DNA of 64,000 bases from Octopus vulgaris. Its lineage: Eukaryota. The position numbers were made by a program, and so were the translations under genes. The notes under the pieces are model-generated. The model did no database searches and was not told the origin of the DNA. It saw only the letters and a program-made list of their open reading frames with translations. The first letter of the stretch is position 1; every line of letters starts with the position of its first letter. Shown in pieces: positions 28,153 to 41,140 of this stretch. The DNA lies in assembly GCA_951406725.2 (NCBI GenBank), contig OX597815.1, positions 144,212,001 through 144,276,000 on the forward strand, in the 5' to 3' direction.

Positions 28153-28504
28153 TCTTAGGGTATTATGAATTCATTCTGGAGTAAACACCTCATCATTTCC
28201 TGCTATATCCGCTTGTGGCAGAATGTGCACCAACGTGAGATAATTGCCTCCACAATATATGATCTTTGGCAAGAGCGTTTATAGAGATCATGCCAAGACC
28301 TGTTCATGCTGTGATGTTTATCTCTACATCTCTAAAGTTGCCGACCACTGTTTCTCTTTCCATTAACCATGCCTTCCTAACAGATCTGGCTAATGCTACA
28401 AACCGTTTGCTTAGTGTGGCCAAGCAGTTTAAGTACTTTAAATTTGATACATTATTTACATGATTTAGATTTGACGGATATTTGTCCTCATCTTGTTTGT
28501 TCTT

Positions 28505-28550
28505 AACACAACGTTTCGGCTGATATACCTTCCAGCCTTCATCAGGTGTC
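28505..28550 (-). ncRNA. Minimal type I hammerhead ribozyme motif
   Basis: GACAC-CUGAUGA-A-GGCUG-GAAGGUAUAU-CAGCC-GAAA-CG-UU-GUGUU. Stem I GACAC/GUGUU, palindromic ACGU stem III. Confidence 0.7.
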
Positions 28551-28616
28551 TTGGGCGTAGTGGTAAAGAGCGCGGGCTACTAACCCCAAGATTCCGAGTT
28601 CGATTCCAGGCAGTGA

Positions 28617-28709
<93 letters not shown>

Positions 28710-28770
28710 CAACAACAACAACATCGAAAAATACCTTAGGAATGAGAACCCAGGTTCGAAATTTCCCCAA

Positions 28771-28813
28771 GACATCTGATGAAGGCTGGAGGGTATATCA
28801 GCCGAAACGTGTT
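28771..28813 (+). ncRNA. Hammerhead motif with damaged cleavage site
   Basis: GACAU-CUGAUGA-A-GGCUG..CAGCC-GAAA-CGUGUU; 3 nt shorter than the minus copy at the cleavage triplet. Confidence 0.6.
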
Positions 28814-29456
28814 AACAACAAACAAGATGAGGACAAATATCCATCAAATGTAAATAATGTAAATAATGTACATAATTCCTCATCTCTTAAATATTGAACT
28901 GTATTTAAATTTGATAACGAAGGGTATTGGTGTTAATTCGGTTATTTGCCTGAGATCTTCAATTCTGGCGTGATCTGAGAGTTTCACACTATGTGATTTC
29001 ACAGTATACGATTTCTTGTTTCTGTAGTGCAGCAGACGTCCAGTTGATACATTCTAGCCCATATAAAACTATTGGATGAACATAGATGCTGTTGATGCTT
29101 GATTTTATGTGGTTTAGGATTCCTTTTGAAGTAAGTGCAATTTTGTTCTTATCAAAGGCTGCCCAACCAAGTCCGATCCTAAGGTTCGAAGAGAAACATC
29201 TGGAGTGAGAAAAATAGGTTTAACTAGGATGCAGTGCGGCTACAAGAAACATTGTTCCTACATTACTTCAGAAGCAAACAGTGTTGTCGTGGTAGTGAAC
29301 TGATACGGCTAGTGTTAATGATGGTGATGGTACTGGTGGTGGTGCAGGTGGAGCCGTTGGTGGCTGTGGGAAAATTTAAGGCTAGAAGACCACCAGAACG
29401 AGACTTGATTGTCGGTTATTTGTTGCTAAAAATCGACCTTTTATCAAAGATATTTA

Positions 29457-29669
29457 AGAGGGGTGCTGAGAAGTTCCTGGATTTAAGGGTGTCGCGAAAG
29501 GCCTGGTTGAAAGCCCAACCTTCCGACTTCTTTTACAGGGTTTAGAAAAACTGGATTGCTGCAATAAGTGTGTCAATCTGAGAGGGGAATATGTTGAATA
29601 AAATCATAATTAACTGATCCTCTTGTATTTTATTTTACCCAAAGCCAGGAACTTTTCATCGCCCTCTAG
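29457..29669 (+). mobile_element. mariner-derived MITE
   Basis: Terminal inverted repeats GGGGTGCTGAGAAGTTCCTGG / CCAGGAACTTTTCATCGCCC with TA flanks and a transposase tail NKCVNLRGEYVE*. A partial second copy lies at 38311-38423. Confidence 0.8.
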
Positions 29670-29917
29670 TATCAACAACGACCGTAAGCTTTTGGAGAAG
29701 ATATAAATACAACCAAGCTAGTTAACGCTGACACGAAAAAAAAAAACCCTGATACTAACTAACAAAGAATCTGGTAAAGAACTACTATCCAACTTCATGC
29801 CAGAATCTAATACATAAAATGTATACAGCTCATCTGAACCAATTCCACCTGGACCAAACAAGCAACTTCGGAAGAAAAAATGCTGAGTAACTGTGGTGTT
29901 CGAGGTGCGATGGTATA

Positions 29918-31037
29918 CGGGCGAAATGCTTAGCGGTATTTCGGCTGCCGTTACGTTGTGAGTTCAAATTCCGCCGAGGTCGACTTCGCCTTTCATCCTT
30001 TCGGGGTCGATTAAAATAAGTACCAGTAACGCACTGAGGTCGATATAATCGAATTAACCCGTTTGTCTGTCCTTGTTTGTCCTCTCTGTGTTTAGCCCCT
30101 TGTGGGTAGTAAAGAAATAGGTATTTCGGCTGCCGTTACGTTGTGAGTTCAAATTCCGCCGAGATCGACTTTGCCTTTCATCCTTTCGGGGTCGATTAAA
30201 TAAGTACCAGTAACGCACTGGGGTCGATATAATCGAATTAACCCATTTGTCTGTCCTTGTTTGTCCTCTCTGTGCTTAGCCCCTGGTGGGTAGTAAAGAA
30301 ATAGGTATAGGAGGAATTTGAATGCAATGTGATTGGAAAGCATTAGAAACAGTTTCACCAGCGGACGTCTTACTGACCATAATCAAAGTCATGGGGGGGG
30401 GGATGAGGCTTACTAATGACGGTATTTGTGGGGGAGGTACGATGGCGGCGAGCTGGCAGAAACGTTAGCGCGACGGGCGAAATGCTCAGCGGTATTTCGT
30501 TTGCCGCTGTTCTGAGTTCAAATTCCGCCGAGGTCGACTTTGCCTTTCATCCTTTCGGGGTCGATTAAATAAGTACCAGTAACGCACTGGTTTGTCCTCT
30601 CTGGTTTGTCCTTGTTTGTCCTCTCTGTGCTTAGCCCCTGGTGGGTAGTAAAAAAAAATAGGTATAGGAGGAATTTGAATGCAATGTGATTGGAAAGCAT
30701 TAGAAACAGTTTCACCAGCGGACGTCTTACTGACCATAATCAAAGTCATGGGGGGAGGATAGGATGAGGCTTACTAATGACGGTATTTGTGGGGGAGGTA
30801 CGATGGCGGCGAGCTGGCAGAAACGTTAGCGCGGCGGGCGAAATGCTCAGCGGTATTTCGTCTGCCGCTATGTTCTGAGTTCAAATTCCGCCGAGGTCGA
30901 CTTTGCCTTTCATGCTTTCGGGGTCGATTAAATAAGTACCAGTTACGCACTGGGGTCGATATAATCGACTTAATCCGCTTGTCTGTCCTTGTTTGTCCCC
31001 TCTGTGTTTGGCCCCTTGTGGGTAGTAAAGAAATAGG
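29918..31037 (+). repeat. Tandem array of four SINE family 2 copies with a duplicated 140-bp spacer
   Basis: Spacer AGGAGGAATTTGAATGC..GGAGGTACGA at about 30309-30441 and 30666-30803. Confidence 0.85.
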
Positions 31038-32566
31038 TACGATGTTTGTGATGTTCGTGTCCTTGATTGTGGTGCTGGTATTAGCACTGGTAGTGGTTAT
31101 GGTACAAGTGATGTTGCTGGTGGCGGGGTGGGAGTTGGTGGAGATGGTGAGGATGGTGGAGGGAAGATGATGGTATGGTAGTAGTGGCAGTTGTGACGTT
31201 CGTGGTGGTGATACAGAAAATGTTGTTGCTGAGAGAATGGGGATGCTAGCAATGATAGATGTAATAATGGTACCGTTAGAACTGGTAATTGTAGAGGTGT
31301 TGGTGGTGGAAGTGGTAGTTTTTGGTGGTAGTTTTTGGTGGTAGTGTTGGTAGTAGTGGTAGTACTGATAGTTGGTGGCACTGGTGGCAGTACTGATAGT
31401 GGCAATGGAAATATTGTCGTTGTTGAAAGACAGTATTAGTGATGGTGGAAGTGGTAGAGATGGTGGTAGTGGTGATGGTATTGGAGGTGGTTGTAGTGGT
31501 ATTGGTGATAGTGATGTTTTAGTGGCAATATTGTTGCAAGTGGGGGGTGGAGGCGGCAGTAGTAGTAGTAGTAGTAGTGGAAGTTTTGTTGTTGATATGT
31601 GGTAGTAGAGGCGGGGCGGGTGATGGCAGTGTTATGATAATGATGGTGGCGGTGGTGGTGGTGGTGGTCTGGCATTCGGTTGTTATTGAAACACAGCGGG
31701 AACGAAACCAGGAAAGCCTTTATCGAAGACTAACATCAAAGTGGAAACGAAAGTGCTGGTTGGAAAGGATGGGGGAAAAGAAAGACGGGGAAGTGAGAGA
31801 TAGGAAGAGATGAGCGGGGGTGGGTTTAAAGATACAGAAAAGGAGGGAGAGAGGGGGGAAAAGAAAGGGAGAGAGAGAGAGAGAGCGCGAAGGGAGAAAG
31901 AGGAGAACAATGATCAACCATATTGAAATGGAAGTAAGCTTTCAGTGACTTAACGAGTCAAGCATAGCATTTGATGTAAGAATTGCAGTTGCGAAACCAA
32001 GATACGATGCTTCAAATTGATAATGGTGAATTGAGATGCATTTCTGTAATGGCATTTGTCTACTTGTTGTACAGTTCAACATTGCCAGTTCTTGCTAGGC
32101 TGGCATTTTTATTGTTTCTGTTGGTTTTTCTCTTTAATTCTAAGCATCTTGTTTCGCCATTTGCACTTGTTAGATACAGTATGAAACATGTATGGACCTG
32201 TAATGTCTTTGTCTTATATAGTTTGATATATAGTGTATCTCTGTGTGTGTGTTACTGTGTAGTTACAGTGAGTGTGTGTGTGTGTGTGTGGTGATCACAG
32301 TGTACGTGAGGGAGAGAATCTGTGTGTTTTATGCGTATATACGCTCGTGCATTGTGTGCGTGCCAGGGTGTTGTCATGGAATGTGTGCTGCATTACGACG
32401 TCCACTGTGTGTAACATATGCATGTCATATATGTGTGTCTTAGATTGTGATGTCTACAATGTATAAATGTTGTATTATCTATAGAGTTGTTATTGTCAGC
32501 AGTAGTAGTAGTAGCATATATATATATATATAATATATATATATCATATATTATATATATAATCTA

Positions 32567-32605
<39 letters not shown>

Positions 32606-32633
32606 GTGTGTATATATATATGTATATATACAT

Positions 32634-32764
<131 letters not shown>

Positions 32765-32855
32765 AATTTAGATTAAGCAGAGAATGGAGAAAATTCTTGA
32801 ACAACAAACAAATTGACTACCATCGATTATTATTTTTTAATACAAAACTTTATCA

Positions 32856-32974
32856 CAACTAACAGCCATTTCTGCTTCCCATGTCCCTCAGCGCTGCCAA
32901 AGAAAATTCTGAGAATAATATTCGTCATATTCTATAGCACATTCCGTCTGGTACATGGAGCTTCATCAGAGTGG
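32856..32974 (-). ncRNA. Type I hammerhead motif with long stem II
   Basis: CCACU-CUGAUGA-A-GCUCCAUGU..(about 68 nt)..ACAUGGGAAGC-A-GAAA-UGGCUG-UU-AGUUG. Confidence 0.6.
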
Positions 32975-33059
32975 AAAAAAAGGCATAAGATAAAAGAAGA
33001 GAAAAGAAAAGAGATGAGGAAAGAAGGCTTAATATATTTGAATATATATATGACACAGA

Positions 33060-33690
33060 TGGGTTGAGTTTCACTACAGCTGTTTCAGACGTGTTCTTTA
33101 TTGATGAGTAAAAATATGTCCGTATATATTGTTAGTGCTCAGGAACGCTATCCCCACCCCTACCTTGGTGTCTTGCTACTTAAATACGTGATACTATCAG
33201 ATCTTGAAAATTTCTTGTGTGTGTGTTGTGTTGTGTTATCTTGTGTGTGTTTATCTTGTATTATAATTGTTTTTGTGTGTTATTTCATATCGGAGGTGCG
33301 GGTAGTTGCATTATGCCAATTGTATACTGCGTTTATATTGTATCATGATTATGTGTCTTATGTTAAATTGTGTGTATCATGTTTTGTGCGTTGTACTGCA
33401 TAATATGGTAGGACTTATAACTATATCTATTGCATTTCAAGTAGGGATAGCTGTGTTATAACCAATTATAATTAGTTGCGTTATAGCTCTTTCTCTTATT
33501 GTCATAATCTGGTCTATAATATGATGACCTTACAGTTGCTTCTTTATAAGGCATCCCATTAGTCCGTGTAACAGTTGATGATATTATTGCTACACTATAT
33601 TGGAAATTGCTCCATCCATTATGAGTGATAGGTGCATGTCCTAGTTTGCCGGATATTTTCAGCATTTCAGCGACTATTGCTGATGCTCAA
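33060..33690 (-). mobile_element. Highly decayed Penelope-like remnant ending in a hammerhead 3' half
   Basis: YIGQT-like remnant (atatccggcaaact) near 33643-33656, an A/C-rich tract, then GAAA-CAGCUG-UA at about 33075-33086. Confidence 0.4.
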
Positions 33691-33709
33691 GTTCTTTTCC
33701 CTGCAACCG

Positions 33710-33915
33710 TATCTATTTTGAGATGTTTTGTGTTCCTTTCAATTAATTTAAAATATAACAAAGAATTTAGTAAAATAATTTAGTTATCATTAAGCTGATG
33801 CTAGGAACATAAATTATGACTAAGGTTTGGTGGAAGATTGTAATTCAAAACTTATGAAAACAAGGTATTTGTACTACAGAGACAGTTTCAGCTGGGTTGG
33901 TATCGAAAGGGTTAA
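33710..33915. mobile_element. One end of a piggyBac-like non-autonomous element
   Basis: Terminates GAAAGGG followed by TTAA (33912-33915); the other end was not found. Confidence 0.45.
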
Positions 33916-34616
33916 TATTCTTAATGATTATTTTAACCGTATAACTACTGAATTCAAGAGCTGATTCTTCTGTTAGATCCACTTGATATACTTCGACTCT
34001 CTTATTCAAAAATGTAAAGACAGACGGAACGATAACGTTTCTACCAGCTCGCCGCCTTAGAAAGTAAACATTCATTTTAGAAATATATTCTTTATTCTTA
34101 TTGCTCAATTGTTACTCCCTTACTTCCATGCTTACTGACATAAAATTTCGTAAAAATCTCAAACTATTTATGCCAAAGTGTAGCTGAAGAGGTATCCTCT
34201 TTAAAACTATTAACAGTTTGCAATTTAGCTGAGAACTGAATTAGTGGTGAAGCTTAGAAGCTGCTGCGATTGACGACATGATGGACTTAAGAACATATTC
34301 AACCACTACCGTGGTTGAATGATATATGTGTGTTTGTATGTATATGTACACGCGTGTGTGTATGTATGTATAAATACACATACATATACATGTGTATGTG
34401 TGCGTACATATATATATATGTGTACATGTGTTCATATGCAGATACTATGAACGAAGTTTTACTTTCCTCACGCCTACTGGAGTAATTTCCCTTTATTCAA
34501 CAGATTTTTCATAGCGTTTTTGTTTGTCTTAATAACTAATGAGATGCCGAACTTGAGTTTTATTACAACCAATTGCCACATATTATATTATATTAAATAT
34601 ATATATATATAAATAG

Positions 34617-34688
<72 letters not shown>

Positions 34689-34718
34689 CATATACATATA
34701 TGTATGTGTGTATATACA

Positions 34719-34776
<58 letters not shown>

Positions 34777-34779
<3 letters not shown>

Positions 34780-34914
34780 CAAATGAAATCAAAAACAGAA
34801 CACAAAGGATGTCGCGGTACACGTGTTTCAAGCTTTATAAACGACCTATTCTTACATCATTGTAAGACGTGTACCGCGACATCCTTTGTGTTCTGTTTTT
34901 GATTTCATTTGATA
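34777..34914. repeat. Perfect 48-bp inverted repeat with 42-nt spacer
   Basis: 34777-34824 is the exact reverse complement of 34867-34914. Confidence 0.95.
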
Positions 34915-34928
34915 CATATACCCTCTCA

Positions 34929-34980
<52 letters not shown>

Positions 34981-36015
34981 GACTTTCCTGTCATTAAACG
35001 ACGTATGAGGGTTCGACAATTTGTTATCGAACAACCACACAGGTGATTTGTTTATAGTAATCAAATGTACACATAATCTCACTCCCTCCATCAGATCGAC
35101 ATTACCTGTACAGGTGCACCGGGTGCTACATCTCAGATGTCGAAATGATCGCAGAGCAACGTGAAATGAAGTGCTTTGCTCAAGAACACAACGCAACGCC
35201 CGCTCTGGGAATTGAACCCACAATCTCGCAATCGTGTATGCAACACCTTAACCACGAAGCCATGCATACATATATATATATACATATACATACATATATA
35301 TTTATACACACGTATATATATATATGCTCATACATGCATATATATATATCATATGTATGTATGTATATATGTATGTATATATATATGTATGTATATGTAT
35401 ATATACACACGTACATATATACATATATACTGAGAGAGAAAGAGAAAGAGAGAGAGATGCAGATATAGAGGGATAGACTGGTCGATATATAACATATTAC
35501 GTAATTTCCGAATGACAATTGATATTTCCAAGTTATCAACAATAATATGTAAATGAGTTTGCAATATGTAAATTAACTTCTCAAATGAAAATTAATCTGG
35601 ATTGTGTGAATAATTCTGCGATATGCAAATCAATCTGTGATATGTTAATCTATCGATGAAATCAAAAATGTAAACATTTTTTTGTGTGCGTGTGTGAAAT
35701 ATTTAATTATGAAGGGGAAAAAATTAAGAATATATTTAATGGGCGAGAAATTTATAAAAGTTTAGTATATTGGCAGATGTGACACGTAATGTCTATTTAT
35801 AAGTATATTACACACATACATAACATACACACATATATAATATATACATATATACATATATATGTATAGTATAATATTATATTATATTATATTATATCAT
35901 ATTATATTACATTATATTATATATACATATATATATATACATACATACATACATACGTACATATATATATATATATATGCGGCTATACAGACCCATGTAC
36001 ACATTCATACATACA

Positions 36016-36082
<67 letters not shown>

Positions 36083-36213
36083 TCACACATATATACACAC
36101 ATAGAGAGAGGTGTGCATGTATGTGCATGCAATACGAATGCTTATGTATATGGTAGCATTTTTACACAGCTGTATGTATAATCATGTATGTATGCATATG
36201 TATGTAGATATAC

Positions 36214-36248
<35 letters not shown>

Positions 36249-36328
36249 TTCATTCATACATGTATCACACACAAACACGCACACACGCACACACATACGT
36301 ACATATATATATATACATATATATATAC

Positions 36329-36359
<31 letters not shown>

Positions 36360-37039
36360 TGTATGTATGTATGTATGTATGTATACATATATATATATAC
36401 GCATACACACACACACACACACATATGAAGACTTGTCAGTAGATGACAGGATTTCCCCAATTTAGATTTTGTTTTTAATTGTTATCCGTGTATATTAATA
36501 TATTCTTAAAGAAGCTTTTATTCATATATGCATATTAGTATTTCTGAATTTGCGTATAGGCCTTTCATGTCGATAGCATATATTAATATGCTTCGTGTAC
36601 AAATATTTATTTATATAAGCATTTCAATATTTCTACATGTATGTATATAACCTTTTATAAACCTTTTATAGAGATGCATATATTGTTCTGAGTGTGTTAA
36701 ATTCTTCTTGAGCAAATATTTACACAAGCGTATGAGTATTTCTGTAAGTATGTTTATAAGATTCCATGTATGCGACTATTTGTATGTGTAACGCAAACGC
36801 ATTCGTGCACATGTATACGTGTGAATGTAGTTGAAGCTGAGATTTCAATGTTAAGCCGTTTTTGCATTAATATAAATATGTGTTTGTATGAGGAAATATC
36901 TATATATATATAGAGATACATGTATGTATGTATATTTGTGTGCTCGCAATGGAAATGCAATTGAGTTGTCTGTAGTCAGTGACATTTTGCCGATGTGCTT
37001 TAAGACGTTTTGGAAAGCATGCGTACGTGCCTACATAAC

Positions 37040-38114
37040 CGACCCCTCCCCTCCTTCAAACGAACCCACAACCTACGAGGCCTCTTCTTCTTCCCTAACC
37101 CAGCCTCCCAACTCGGCTCGTTCCCCTGCTCCCGCCCACGCTGCCGCACTTGCCCTTACCTCTACAACACCACTCTCCTCACAGGCACCCATCATCGACC
37201 CTATCATATCACTGACTCCTTCACCTGCACTTCTACCAAGGTCATCTACAGCATCTCCTGTGCTCTCTGTCCTTCTCTATACATCCGTCAAACGGAACGC
37301 CATTTCTGCTCTACCGGCCACTCTTTACAACACCTGTCTGTGTTGGAATTGTCCTTGCACAGTGGCCATCAGGACTCTCGTCTTCGCCGTGAGCAGGGAT
37401 TAATCTTCTCTCTTAGCTCCTTTGCGCCATATGGGTTCAACTCTCCTCCCCGCTTCATCTAACCCTCCTCCTCTCTCCTCTCTTCCTCTTACACCTACTT
37501 CCTCCCACCCACCTCCCCTCTCTTGCTCTGGCACCTACTTCCTCTCTTCCCTCCTACCCACTTTCTCCCTTCCACCCTCTCCCCCCACCCTTTCCCTTCA
37601 TTATTACCCCCTCCCTCGTTACTCTACCCTTACTCATTCCAACCCCACCATCCCTATACATCCCATCCCACCTCCACCCCATCCCTTAGACCCCACCCTT
37701 GCTTCCCCTACTCTCGCCTCCCCCACACCCCAACATCATCGCACCACCACACCACACACCACACATTACACACCACCATACCACACCACACAATATCATA
37801 TCACCCCCGCACACACTAGCACTGACCACTTCCCAGCACCTACACCATCATCCACACACCTACACATGCACACACGCACACGTCAATGTCACCAGCCCTT
37901 CCACAGGCACATACACGCCCTCACGTACAGACGCACGCGCACCTTTGGGATCACCACTACTTTATTATCTCCCCTTCTTCGTAGCTCTTCTGTGTGATTC
38001 CTCTGCCCGGTATTCGCCATGATAGATCGTTAGCCACTAAACCTTTTTCTACTTTCTCTCCGTGTTTATTTCTGTGTTCCTTTCTGTCGAAGAGCGTAGG
38101 CTCGAAACGTAAAA
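37040..38114 (+). mobile_element. Penelope-like element 3' fragment (Cys-rich linker, GIY-YIG remnant, UTR, hammerhead-like motif)
   Basis: PCSRPRCRTCPY..SFTCTSTKVIYSISCALCPSLYIRQT, ending in CTGTCGA-A-GAGC-GTAG-GCTC-GAAA-CGTA. Confidence 0.8.
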
Positions 38115-38459
38115 TATGTTGTCCATGAGAAAGGCAAAGGCCAATACAGCTTGGCGCCAGTGACGTCGCAACTCATTTCTACAACTGAGTGAACTGGAGC
38201 AATTTGAAAATAAAGTGTATTGCTCAAGAACACAACACACAGCCCGGTCCGGGAATGGAACTCACTACCTCACGATTGTGAGCCCGACGCTCTAACTACC
38301 AAGCCGAACGCTGTAATAAGTGTGTGAACCTGAGAGGGGAATATGTTAGATAAAGTCATAATTAACTGATCCTTCTGTATTTTCTTTTACTCAAAGCCAG
38401 GAACTTTTCAGCACCACCTTGTATAGACATAAATAGATATTATATACACACACACGCTT

Positions 38460-39210
38460 GGTACAGAATGACCTTGAACTCTGCTCTACATGCGCACTAA
38501 GTTTTAACGTTCTAGCTCACTTCCGCAGTTTACAGCAGAGCTTGGAAGGAAGATGTGTAGCATGTGATCGTCGCATTGACCATGAGAGAGAAAGTTGTCA
38601 TCGCGACATCTGGTCAGAAGCCTACGCAGAGTTGCAGAAAGTGTATGGAGAGAAATGTATGAGACGCACACAAATGTACGAGTGGTTCAAGCGTTTCCAA
38701 GATGGCTGAAAAAAGGTCGATATTGACAAACGTTCTGGGAAACCCGCAACCAGCAGAGCTGAGAAAACTATCTCAGATGTGTGAGCAGCTATGAGGGAAA
38801 ATCCTCGAATCACCATACGTGATTCATCAGAGGATGTGCAGATTAGTTACGGTTCAGTTCAGTCCATTATCACTGAAGATTTGAGTATGAGACGTGCGTC
38901 TGCCAAGTTTGCGCCAAAACCGCTTTCAGCTGACCAAAAAGACGCTCGCGTTTCAGTTGCACAAGAACTCCTTGATTGTGTCAAGAACGATGAAAACTTT
39001 TTGAAAACTTTGCATACGCCTCTGAGCAGGTATCGCCAAGCTTTTGGCAAAATTTGATGCAGATTCTCTGCTCAACTTTCTCTGTCATGGTGCGCATACA
39101 CAGCAGAGTTCAAGGTCAATCTGTGCCAAGCGGCTTCACCCAGCTTGCTTTAGCTTCGTTACTATGACAACAGTTCGGATACTTATTGATCAGACCACAT
39201 ACACCCATTA
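38460..39210 (+). mobile_element. Decayed mariner transposon (HTH region), internally deleted
   Basis: LQKVYGEKCMRRTQMYEWFKRFQDG and RENPRITIR..ISYGSVQSIITEDLSMRRASAKFAPK. Confidence 0.85.
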
Positions 39211-41106
39211 GTGTTATGGGATAATGTGAGTGCATGTGTGTATGTACGTATGCGTGTTTGGTGGTATGTATGTGTACATTAGGGTGTGTATATGTATGTG
39301 TGAGTGTCTGTATGTGTGTATGAATGGATGGATGGATGGATGGATGGATGGATGGATGGATGGATGGATGGATGGCCAACTGGCTGGCTAACCGGCTGAC
39401 TGGCTGGTTTGTTGGCTGGCCGGCTGGCTGGTTGGATAGATGGATAGATGGGTAGATGGGTGGATGAATTGAATGGATGGATAAGTGTGTGCATGTATGC
39501 TTGTGAGGGAGCATGGTTCAGTGGTTAGAGCATCGGGCTCTCAGTCACGAGGTGGTAAGTTCAATTCCCGCACCCGCATATGTATTGTGTTCTTGAGCAA
39601 GACAATTGTTCTTGAGTAATTTCATGTTGCTTCAGTTCACTCATCTGTAAAAATGAGTTGCAACGTCAATGATGCCAAGCCGAATCAGCCTTTGCCTTTC
39701 CCTTGGATAACATCGGAGGCGTGGAGAGGGAAGGTTGGTATGCATGGGCGACTGTTGATCTTCCATAAACAACCTTGCCCGGACTTGTGCTTCGGAGGTA
39801 ACTTTCTATGTGCAATCCCATGGTCATTCTTGACCGAACGGAGTCCTTTTTTATGTATATATGCAGTTGTGCATACATACATGCGTGTATTTATGTGTGG
39901 ATGGATGAATTCATACTCTTTTACTCTTTACTCTTTTACTTGTTTCAGTCATTTGACTGCGGCCATGCTGGAGCACCACCTTTAGTACTTATTCTATCGG
40001 TCTCTTTTTGCCGAACCGCTAAGTAACGGGGACATAAACACACCAGCATCGGTTGTCAAGCAATGCTAGGGGGACAAACACAGACACACACATATACATA
40101 TATATACATATATACGACAGGCTTCTTTCAGTTTCCGTCTACCAAATCCACTCACAAGGCATTGGTCGGCCCGGGGCTATAGCAGAAGACACTTGCCCAA
40201 GATGCCACGCAGTGGGACTGAACCCGCAACCGTGTGGTTGGTTAGCAAGCTACTTACCACACAGCCACTCCTGCGCCTATGTACGTTTCCTTTTTCTCTT
40301 TCAGTTTAAAGTTAATCTTGACCGGCCAACTACATTGTAGCAAAGTTTTGAAGGAAAACGTTTTGTCTTACCCATCATCCTTTAAATCATAAGCGGGTTT
40401 TGTAGATTTTTCTTGCCCCAGATGTCATGATCATTTGTAGCGTATGAATTAAGGAATTGCATTCTATCCTAATGAACCTAAATTCAGCTATACTTTGTTC
40501 CAAGCGAATTGGTACGTACCCTGTTGTCCCAATTCTATTATGCATGGAACTGAGGCTGCGAGCTGACAGAATCGTTAGCATGCCGAGCAAAATGCTTAGC
40601 GGCATTTCATCTGTCTTTACGTTCAGAGTTCAAATTTCGCCGAGGTTGACTTTACCTTTCATCTTTTAAAGGTCGATGAATGTACCAGTTGATCAGTGGG
40701 GTCAATGCAATCGATTTACCCATTCTCCTCAAAATTGCTGGCCTTGTACCAAAACTCGAAATCAATATTATGTACGAAACTGAAAGTATATCTTGGGTCC
40801 TAGATTTGCAAACTCCTGATCAACGGTCCATAAACGCTCTTTTTCTCCTGTATTGTTCTGACCACACTCGCGTCCAGAGGGCAACTGATTTCCACAAAAG
40901 GCCATATTTTTTGGTTTCCTTCTGGCCTAACACAACAATTTCTGACCGATCGTGTTTTAACATGGCGGCTGTTTTAATTTTTAATTTCCACCAATATTCT
41001 TTTGACCCGTCAGTCTCAACGTAGTCAACTTATTTTCTGCTATCTTCTTTTTGTATGTTTGCTTATACACACGTTATGCATACACGTTTTTATGTATATA
41101 TGTATG

Positions 41107-41140
<34 letters not shown>

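Larger units (their letters stand above)
28450..28903 (+). mobile_element. tRNA-headed, hammerhead-bearing short element with inverted arms and 13-bp target-site duplication
   Basis: Inverted arms at about 28450-28555 and 28766-28868; A box 28554-28564; B box GTTCGATTCC 28598-28607; internal (AAT)n; TTTAAATTTGATA at 28437-28449 and 28904-28916. Confidence 0.78.
28155..29200 (-). mobile_element. Old RTE-type LINE remnant interrupted by the hammerhead element
   Basis: Minus strand RIGLGWAAFDK..HPIVLYGLEC near 29050-29180. Confidence 0.55.

Noticed and set aside
28552-28618. Second tRNA gene with an ACT anticodon
   Set aside because: No complete acceptor stem and a weak T stem; treated as a SINE-type head.
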